A DNA stretch of 63,763 nucleotides, counting the filler, from Reclinomonas americana ATCC 50394 (taxonomy: Eukaryota), in NCBI GenBank assembly GCA_048213135.1. It is 6 parts of 4 records of this genome, joined end to end, with 100 filler letters (N's around TTAATTAATTAA, not from the genome) between each part and the next. Parts side by side here need not be neighbours in the genome. Positions count along the whole stretch, not along the records: positions 36,484 to 38,752 come from PS015839.1; positions 38,853 to 59,800 come from PS015839.1; 4 more parts are not named here. One strand, 5' to 3'. The notes beneath the pieces are model-generated. The model was not told where the DNA came from and did no database searches. It saw only the letters and a program-made list of their open reading frames with translations. This document shows positions 37,480 through 47,300 of this stretch, in pieces (position 1 is the stretch's first letter; each line of letters opens with the position of its first letter). The position numbers and the translations under genes were made by a program.

Positions 37480-38056
37480 TCGACTTGTTCGTGAAGACAG
37501 CGGGCTGTTTGTTTGCTGGCGAGGGAATTGTTGCAGTTGTATCAGTTTCTGGTGCTCTCTTCAGAGTGACCCGAGCCCTTGATCACCATTGAGTTTCGGT
37601 CAGGTAGCTTGCTCTCCGAAGAGAGGAAGCTAACAGGAGCGAACCGAGAAGGAGAGGACCCATGTTCAATCGTCAGGGTGTCCTCGACTCTCCTCTTCTT
37701 CCACACGCAATTGCAAGTGGGTTATCGTCATGCAGGCTGCGTTACTGCTTGGATTCGTACAATCGCTGCTGCTGTTGCACCGCCCATGCTTGTCACGAGC
37801 CGTGGTTTCACTTGCAGGACAGCATTAGACATTTCGACTTTTTTCGAATTCTCATCGTTTCCTTGATGTCTCAGTTTCTGATGCTCACTCAAGATGGTGA
37901 TCATCATGCTGCTTGGATAAGCATTGTCGTTGGTGTTGTTGTATGCGTGTTGGATCGATATCGATTGGTGACCAGTTCCATCGATTGCTGTTGTCACTGA
38001 TACAAGCGCACTGTGTCAAATCACGCTGTGCCGTGCCTCCACAATCTACGCTGCAT

Positions 38057-38250
38057 ACTTGCCTGTCAGCGCATCGTCACATGTAGACAACGGAATACAA
38101 GAAGGAAGTGACGACGTCGACCATGCATATGGCCAATGACAGCTATATATTGCGCATGCGTTGTTGCTGGTACATGTACACTTTGACGAATTGCGCTGTG
38201 CGTCCACCATTACGCACTTGCCTGTCAGCGCATCGTCACATGTAGACAAC
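38057..38250. repeat. Perfect 35-bp direct repeat pair upstream of paralog 4
   Basis: ACTTGCCTGTCAGCGCATCGTCACATGTAGACAAC at 38057-38091 and 38216-38250. Confidence 0.85.
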
Positions 38251-38331
38251 TGTTGTAGTCGCGCGGATATCTCGGATATTGCTCGCGACACTGTCCATTC
38301 TTCTTTCATTCTCTCGTGTGTTTACGAACGA

Positions 38332-38571
38332 ATGTTTTCTCGAGTGACCTTTGCGTTTGCTCTGTTGCTTTTGGTGGCAGTTGTCGCACACTGCACAGAG
38401 GCACGTCGCATGACGCGTGAGGAGATGCGTCAGGCGTTGGCGGAACTTGATGGTGAGTGAGAGAGAGAGTGTGTGTGTGTTTGCTCTCTGTCTCTCTCTC
38501 TCTCTCTCTCACACACACTTGTTCGTGCACAGTGGCTGGTTTGTTTGAGGTGGATGATGAGGATGCAGCAG
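38332..38571 (+). CDS. Secreted-family paralog 4 (exons 1-2 only; exon 3 lost at contig spacer)
   Basis: 38332-38452 MFSRVTFAFALLLLVAVVAHCTEARRMTREEMRQALAELD; 38533-38571 VAGLFEVDDEDAA. Confidence 0.78.
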
Positions 38572-38708
38572 GTAACAAGAGAGAGTGAGAATGGTGTCAC
38601 TGTTGTCTTTGCATGCAAACAGTCACTTCTCTCTCTCTCACACACGCGCACACATTCAAACACACTCCACTGCTCACCCACTGTTCACAGTTGACCCGCA
38701 CTGACTTT

Positions 38709-38752
<44 letters not shown>

Positions 38753-38796
38753 NNNNNNNNNNNNNNNNNNNNNNNNNNNNNNNNNNNNNNNNNNNN

Positions 38797-38808
38797 TTAA
38801 TTAATTAA
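38797..38808. other. Artificial contig spacer TTAATTAATTAA
   Basis: Same N44-12mer-N44 structure. Confidence 0.95.
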
Positions 38809-38957
38809 NNNNNNNNNNNNNNNNNNNNNNNNNNNNNNNNNNNNNNNNNNNNTTGCCTTACGGATTCGGGTGACGCACCATAACTTTTCAGTTTTATCAA
38901 GTTCTTCCATGGACAACGCACAACGGCAAGTGGTCTCTCACATCGTCGACTCCACTT

Positions 38958-39988
38958 TCACTGTGCTGGCTGCTGCCGACTTTTTCCGCGCGAGAGCGCC
39001 TCCGCATTCAGCTGCAGCTGGTCGATCATGCTCATGGCCCTTTCGAGCTGGCTCTCCTGCTTAACGGAAACACTCCGCAGCTCCTCGTAGCGCGCCTCGA
39101 CCGCACTACGCTCCCGCCTACTCGCGTCCAGTTCTTCTCTCAGCTGCGCCTCAGCTGCACTGTGTTCCCGCCGCCTCGCGTCCAGTTCTTCTCTCAGCTG
39201 CGCCTCGACTTGTGCTGCGCGCTCTGTTGACACATGCATCTGTTCCTCCAATTGTTGACGCTCGCAGGTGGCCGTCTCCAGTCCACGCTGCAGCCGCTGT
39301 CGGTCCTCGTGACACGAGGCGAGCTGCGTTCGCACGACCACCATCTCGGCGGCGTTCTCCTCCTGGATTCGCCCGCTCTTCTCCGCTGCCTCCTGCCGCC
39401 ATTGATTTTCGCATCTGGCAACTTGCAGTTCCGACTGTTGTTGACGAAGTTGCGTCTGCAGCTGAAGCCGCTCGTCTTGCAGTCGTTTTGTGGCCTCCAC
39501 TTGAGCTTCAAGCTGCTTCTGTAGACCATCCTGTTCGGCGGCCGCTACCTGCAGCCCTTGCTGCCGCCGCTCGGCGATTCTCATGCAGCTGGTGAGCTCC
39601 TGTTCCAGTCGTCGGACCTGCCGCTGAAGGTCGGCGCGCTCTTGTTCCAACTGCTCATTCGCGGTCCGCTGTTGGTTCACCGTCCGTTGCAAGCTGTCCA
39701 GCTGACCTTGCCTCGCGGCTAGGTGGATTTGGTACCCTGTCGTCGCCTGTTGCTGCGCTTGCGTTGCCGCCTTCAGCTGAGCTTGCAAGTCTCCACACAT
39801 GTGTTCGTGCTTGTCGGCCTCCACCTGTCGGCGGCGATTTGCCGAACTGAGATCGCGTTCACAAACGGCAAGGTTCGCTTTCAACTGCTCGCACTCTCGA
39901 TCCGCGCACCGCACACGTTCCTGCCACTCAGAGCATTGTCGGCAGCGCTGTTGTTGCGGGTCGACGTACGGATCCGCGCGTGACTCGC

Positions 39989-40020
<32 letters not shown>

Positions 40021-40715
40021 CCGTTTTGTTGTTGTGGTTGATGCGGTTGCAGATCTAGAAGCTGTGGTGGTGGTGCTGGTGCGTTCTTCTGCTGCGGTTG
40101 TTGTTGCTGTTGTCGATGCGGTTGCACAGGCTGCGGCTGCGGCTGCTGCGGAAGTGGCGGCGGTCTCGGAACAGACTCCACGACGAGCGCCTCTTGCCGT
40201 TCAACCAGGAGCTTGACGGCGTACATGTGGCAATAATTGGCGGCCAACTGCGCAGCGGTGGCAGTCTTGCCATCTTTCATGCGCTTGACCATGGGGACAA
40301 GGTTCGGGTACCTGGTGGCAAGGCGAGCGGCAATCGCCCAGTGGCCTCGACGTGCGGCGTTATGCAGTGCCGTGTTGCCACCAGCGTCAGTGGCCAGCGC
40401 CATCTCCTGCGAGCAGCGACGGTCGTCTTCGAAAAGCCATTCCACCACTTGCGTGCGCCCATTCCAGGCAGCTGTCATGAGGGGCGTTCTTCGGCGGCTG
40501 TCGGTCAAGGACGCCAGTTGCAGACCGACACCGCTGTCGCTCCACAGAAAGGCGAGTATGTCGAGCTGATTGTATCGTGCGGCGACGAAGAAGACCGACG
40601 CGCCGTCACGATCCATGTTCGCTGGCTGCAGCAACGACTGCGCACCCTGGCGGGCGACAAAGTCGCGCAGCGCTGCCAGTTGGCCGGCGGCGGCCATGTC
40701 GATGGGGCTGCGCAT
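38958..40715 (-). CDS. Ankyrin-repeat protein with poly-Q linker and long C-terminal coiled coil
   Basis: Ankyrin motifs SVFFVAARYNQLDILAFL, RTPLMTAAWNGRTQVVEWL, GNTALHNAARRGHWAIAARL, TAAQLAANYCHMYAVKLL; Q/E/R heptad-rich tail. Start taken at MRSPID (40715); an upstream exon is possible. Confidence 0.85.
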
Positions 40716-41877
40716 GCGGAGCGGGGGGAGAATGTCAGGGTTCAGTTGATATACACAGGACTGATGGTGTTGAGTCGACAGAGAAAAGGAAAAACAAGAG
40801 AGAGAGAGCGAGAGAGAGCAGAAATGAGCCTCGAAGATCAAACTGTGTGAGACAAGTGCGATTGGAGAATGGCGACGTGGATCACACGCAGCGGGCATAC
40901 ACACACACGCGTGCGCGCAAGTACAGCCGACGCACCAGCTCATGTTGAGTTTTTCCGAGCGCGCGAGGTCGAACACAAAAAAACACGGTGTTATTTTGGG
41001 AGTTGTCTGCCGGGTGGTCTTGGAAGGAGGGATGTCGTCGGATTCCAAATTGGTACCCGACACTGCCTATAGTTATTTTTATTTCTTTTTTGCGCAACTG
41101 AGCAACGCATGCGCAGAACCGGAAAAGCCATCACCCATCGAGCATCGCCGACGTCGACCGCTGCGGTCAGCAGCAGGTGGTCTCTCGCAATCCTGCCGCT
41201 GCCCCTTCAAGACTGGTATTTCTGTTGATCGCTTGGATATGGTTGGACTTGATCAGTGTCAAGGGAAGAGACAGATGGGTGACTTCGCGCGATCGTGTCC
41301 TCCTCATGTCCTCTTTGTTTCTCTGCCAGCCTCGTCAGTGAGACGGAGTNNNNNNNNNNNNNNNNNNNNNNNNNNNNNNNNNNNNNNNNNNNNNNNNNNN
41401 NNNNNNNNNNNNNNNNNNNNNNNNNNNNNNNNNNNNNNNNNNNNNNNNNNNNNNNNNNNNNNNNNNNNNNNNNNNNNNNNNNNNNNNNNNNNNNNNNNNN
41501 NNNNNNNNNNNNNNNNNNNNNNNNNNNNNNNNNNNNNNNNNNNNNNNNNNNNNNNNNNNNNNNNNNNNNNNNNNNNNNNNNNNNNNNNNNNNNNNNNNNN
41601 NNNNNNNNNNNNNNNNNNNNNNNNNNNNNNNNNNNNNNNNNNNNNNNNNNNNNNNNNNNNNNNNNNNNNNNNNNNNNNNNNNNNNNNNNNNNNNNNNNNN
41701 NNNNNNNNNNNNNNNNNNNNNNNNNNNNNNNNNNNNNNNNNNNNNNNNNNNNNNNNNNNNNNNNNNNNNNNNNNNNNNNNNNNNNNNNNNNNNNNNNNNN
41801 NNNNNNNNNNNNNNNNNNNNNNNNNNNNNNNNNNNNNNNNNNNNNNNNNNNNNNNNNNNNNNNNNNNNNNNNNNNNC

Positions 41878-44285
41878 TCGGTTTCCGCACTGCTGCTGGC
41901 CCTCGCCTCTGGCGTGCTCACCTATATGCTGCCGCTGCCACCCATCGATCGCGGATTCGGGCCATTTGATGTTGCGCGCTCACCGATCGTCGAAGGTGCT
42001 CTTCTTCTTCAGTGTTGTCTCACTCACCCCGCATCACACAGACCGGCTTCCACGAGGCGACCATCACCGACGCAAACGGCCACTCGCACGTTGTCCGCGT
42101 GTACTACCCGAGCGATTATGAGGACGAGCACCGCGTTCTCCTGGCGCGCTATCCGACACCGTACTTCACGCATGGAGTGCGGACTGCGGTGCGTGACTAC
42201 ACAGCAGCTCAAGGGGCGGTGGTCCATGCCCTCTTCCCTTCAACTTCTCCCTTTCCCCCTTCCCCTTCCCCCTTCTCACCCTCCCCCTTCAACCCCCCTC
42301 AGCGCGCTCTGGCCTCCTTCGCCAAGCTCCCCGCCTTCGTGTTCGAGCACCTGCGACTGCTCGACCTGCCATCCCTTCGCGGCTCTCCCATGGTAGAGTT
42401 TGGTCGCGGCGTGCGACCCGCCCTGCCTGTCGTCCTCTTCTCGCACGGCCTCGGCGGCAATCGCGACATGTGCGTCTCGTCAACCGTCAATCTCCATCAT
42501 CATCATCATCCTCGTCACCCTAATCCTCCTTCTCCTAGTTACGCCTCTGCGGTGCTGAATCTCGCCTCGCACGGCTTCATCGTCATTGTGCTGGAACACA
42601 ATGATGGATCCGCGTCGCTGACCGTTCAGCTGGATGGAACGCACACTCCATACCGGCCACTCACTGCCGAGGAGGCTGCCGATAAGGTTGTGTGCAAAAA
42701 AGACCGAACAACTGTAGATGCTGACGCTGATGGTGCCTCGCACAGACACTGGAAGCCGCCGTACGACGCGGTCAGCTGCTACAGCGCGTGGCCGAGGTGC
42801 AGTCGACCCTGGACTGCGTTCACGAGTGGACCGCAGGGCGGATGGGCCGCGCCAAGGCTGACGTGGCCGACGAAGTGTGGCTGGCCATGTTCACAGGGCG
42901 TCTCAACACGAATCGCGTGGGAGTTGCGTGGCGCACCTGAGTGACTGGAGGGCGCGTATACTGATAGGCATTAGCGCAGATTTTCGGCCACAGCTTTGGC
43001 GCCTCGACGGCGTTCTTGGCGGCCGCCAAGGACGAGCGCATTCATTGCAGTGTGATTATGGTGAGCATGTGCGCTTGGTGAATGTCTGTCTTCTCTGTTC
43101 CTCATTTCGCCTTGTGCAACACAGGATATCTGGTATCTTCCGTTGGTGAGTCTGCCGGCTTGCACCTCTTCGTTCTCCCTCACCCTTCCAACTCACCGTG
43201 ATGTGCAGCTCGACCCCGCCTCGCCTGACACGATGCCAGTTCCGCCAAAGGTTTGCACGACGCTTCCCTCCTCTCTCACTCTGTCACACGCACATAGGTA
43301 CTCACCCGCGCACTCTCACTTGCACATGAATGCACTCTCGCTCGCAAACTGCTTCTCTCCCTCTCTCCCTTCCTTTCCGTCCTTCCCTTCCCATCTCCTC
43401 CTCTCTCTTCCCCCATCTCCGTGTCCTCTCTCTCCTTCCTTTCTCCTCCCGATCTCCTTCTCCATCTCCTCCTTCTCCTTTCTCTCCTCCTCCTCTCCTG
43501 CTCACTCTGTCTTCACCTCTCCCTCCATTCCCTTCCCTTCCTAATCCCACACTCTCCCATCCCTCCCTCCCTCTCCTCCCTCTTCTCCCTCTTCCCCACT
43601 CCCCCTTCCCTTCCTTCCCTCCCTCTCCCCACCCATCCCTCTCCTCCCTGTCTTCTTGCAGACACCGATGCTGCTGATGCAAAGTGAAGCATGGCTCCGA
43701 TGGAAGATCAACCACGAATTCTCCGAGCGAGTTGCACAAATGGCGCCTCGTGCTTCGTTCTTGGTGTGTTGTTGTTGTCCTCCCCAGCGATCATTCAAAC
43801 CTTGCATCTCACTCGCTGCCTGCAGACCATTGCCGAAACCGGCCACCAGGTATCGACATATCTCTCTCTCCCTCCTCTCCTCGTCCGTCGTCCCGCTCAC
43901 TTTTGCTGTGTCACAGAACTTTTCCGATTTCCCACTCTTTGGTAATCTCACCTCTCTCTCTTCTTTCTCGCCTCCCGCCCCGCATCTCACCCTTGCCGAT
44001 CACACCTGTGCAGGCGAAACAATCCAGCGACGCATGCGCCTGGCTGGCAACATTTCCGCGCGGCGTGCGCTGGAAATCGCCAACGACTTTACGTGCAGCT
44101 TCTTCCGCTGGTGCTTGCTCAACGACGCCAGCAACTGCGTGCTGCTACCGAATCCGCCAACCGATCCACAAATCTTGTGGCACTCACACAACCTGCGTGT
44201 CGAGGTGCCTGGCGGTGAGGGAGCGGTGGCGGAAGCAACAGCAGTCGCATCCCCTTCGTCCGAGTCAGAAAATCCTCCACGATAG
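41878..44285 (+). CDS. Platelet-activating factor acetylhydrolase (PAF-AH II / Lp-PLA2)-like alpha/beta hydrolase, 5'-partial
   Basis: VRVYYP, PVVLFSHGLGGNR, LASHGFIVIVLEHNDGSA, QRVAEV, nucleophile IFGHSFG (exon from 42980), DIWYLP, TGHQ-NFSDFP. Start lies in or before gap 41350-41876. Confidence 0.9.
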
Positions 44286-44321
44286 AAACCACTCAATGCA
44301 AAACATGTGTTGTCTTCAATG

Positions 44322-47300
44322 CTATCTCACAGTATTCTCCGGCGACGGTGGCGGCAGTAACGACACGCGCAAATCCTGCAGCTCCATCGTCGACGAGTTC
44401 CGGCTGACCGGAGGTGGAGAGCCGTTCGCCGCCACCGCGTTCTCTTCTTCCGCTTGACCTGCGGCGCCGAGTGCACTCGTAATGTCACCGTTGTCGATCT
44501 CCACGCTCTTGCGGGAGCTCAGTTGCCGGAAGAAGGTGCGAGCGAGCGCAAACATGCGCATCAGCATGGGCACAAGAATGACGACAGAGGTCAGCGACAG
44601 CAGGATCACAATGGTGACCAACTGTGCGGGGCGGAATGAGTATGGGAGAAAAGGATTGCGCATGGAGAGACACAAGAAGCAAACCTGGAATGTGGACGAT
44701 GTCTTGGAGGCCATGATCGTGGCGACTGCCAGCAGGGTCGACAACATCAGAGTCTCCAGTCGGTTCACGAACGCCGTGGAGTACTCAGCGGCCACCAGAT
44801 GCACAACGAGGAAGCACGCCACGGCAGCCCACAATGCGAGAGGCAGCGCATCGACCGAGCTGCGCAACGCCAGAGGGAAGAAGATGGCCAGCAGAATGGC
44901 TCGCCGCAGGATGTGGAAGCCCTGCGGGGAAGGGGAAACACGCATCACGTAAGTCAGACGCAAACGGTGGATGAAGCGGGAAAGGCGCAGAGTCGAGTGG
45001 ACATACTTCAAATGCCATGCATTCCTTGCGGAAGGAAATGTACAGTGGTTCCTGCAAACGAGTCGGATGAGTATGGTTGCAGTCTCTCTCTCTCTCTCTC
45101 ATTCAGCCAACAAACCACTCGTATTCTGAAACCAGTGTTCCCCTGCAGTTTGTGCGAGGCGTGCTTGTGCATCCACCACACCCACACTCCAATCGTGGGG
45201 GGCACCAGCAGCAGCAGAGCCAAGAAAATGCCCATGAGGATGCGGTATTCACGGAAGCCAGGCTGGTAGAGAGAGGGAGGGAACAAAATGAGCACACAGT
45301 GGAGGAAATCGATCATGAGCAAAACACGCACTCTTCTATTTCTCGAAGAAGGCAATGAAATGTCCCATCAACCTCCTTCATCCTTTCCTCCCCTACGCTA
45401 CCTCTCTCTGCTTCTCCACTCTGATGTGAGCGCGTGTCTGTTCCCTCTCCATTCTTCCTTTCCACTCTCCCCGTTCCTTCTCCCTTCCCTCCAACTATCC
45501 TTTCTCTCTCAGGGCGAATATATGTCCGTTCCCTCTCCCTGTTCTTCTACCTCTCCATTCTTCTTTCCACTCTCATAGTTTCCTTTTCCCTTTCCCTTCC
45601 ACTGTCCTTTCTCTCTCCCTCCCTCTCTCTGTGTGAGCACGTATCTGCTGCATGCGTTGATGACTACGGACGCCTAATGGTGTATCGCCGTGCATTGCAT
45701 TTCGTATCTGTGTCCGTCTTTCCCACCTCCCCCGAACCTCTCTTTCTCTCTCTCTCTCTCACTCTCTCCGTCTCCCGTTCCCACTTACAATCCACGTTAT
45801 TTCTCCCCCTTCCCTCTTTCTTTCCCTCTCTTACTCTTGCCTTATTTGTTTCACCTCTCTTTTTCCTTGCTTCCTCTCATCTGTCGTCCCCTGTCTGTCC
45901 TTCGTCTTTCCCCCTTGCCCTCTCTCCCTTGCCCTTTATCGCCCTTCCCCCTTCGCCTCACCGACGGCACCGGCCAACACTGCACCGACGGCACGAGCAT
46001 CACGTACGACGAATCGCCAACCGTCTGACACGCAAACGGCAGAATGGCAGCCTCGAGCAGTCCAGCACTGCGACACTGATGAGCCAACACCCCTCACCCC
46101 TCACCTGCCAACAAACAAGCACACACACTCAACTACACGCCAATGCCCATGACAAGTGACGATCGCACATAGTAGTCGGGATGAGACCACGAGGCAAAGC
46201 GATGGATCGCCTGACTCCACCCCGACGACCGACGCGGCCGGCCGGTAATGAAGCAGCTAATCGTCCAATGGATCAGCCACGTGAGCCACAGGAAGCCAAA
46301 GTACGCCATCGGCAGTAGCACGGTGGAGGCCAGCTCGCCGATGCCAGACTGAGGCCACGGGCACGAAGAGGTGGAGATGCCGGAGAATTTGAAGAGTTGT
46401 GTCAGGGTCAGCAGCTGCGAGAAAGCAACAGGGTGAGAGTGAGGGAACGGAGTTGTGACATTTTGTATTACAAGTCACCTCCACGCGCGGATAGAACTGT
46501 AATGGCAAGTCAGACAGAAGAGGGTGAGACGATAGTTGTGGAGACAGGAGATGGACGCAAAATGACAAACACACGCACCACAAGGCTGGTTGAGGTCCAC
46601 ATGAACAGCAGCATCTTGGTTGGCGCGGCTGGTTTTTCGTTGACAGACGTGAGACATCTCAGTCGTTGCCCTCCTCTCTCTCTCTCCCTCCTTCTACTGT
46701 TCCTCGTCACTCACCGGCCGTTCCCTGCGACAGCACATGCTCGGCAATGGCAAACAACCAGGCCTGAATGATAAGAAGCGCAGTGGAACCCGCATTGTAG
46801 CCGGTGCACGGCAGACATTGGGCATGCCACGACGAGTAACTGACAAGATGGTGCAAAGAGTCAGCCTCGGGTGCACTGTGTTGGGAAAGAGAATGGCAGA
46901 TGCAAACTTTTCTTCGCACACGCCACACAAGACCGAGTCCGACAAGCGATGTGAGGTGGGATCACAGAAAGCTTCAAATGTCGCCAAATCGCGATTGCCA
47001 CAAAAATCGTACGGGCAAATAAACGTCTCCATCACGAACTGTGTGGCGCTGGGAAATGAGCGCTGACCACAATACCATATGCAGTGACGCGCTACTCACC
47101 TGCGAAGACGTGGTATAATAGCTCTCTACGCAACGATGAAAAACATGAGATCAGTCACCCATCGTTCGGCTCATTAGCCTGCTGGTTCCCATTCACCAAG
47201 CTCTTCGTTCCCCACCCGCTCCACTCTTCATTCCAACCTGCTCCACTCTTTGCTTCACACTCGCTCCGCTCTTCGCTCCTCACTCGCTCCCCCTCTCGTT

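Noticed and set aside
38057..38250. 35-bp direct repeats as a CRISPR array
   Set aside because: Only two copies, a 124-bp spacer, eukaryotic context and no cas genes.
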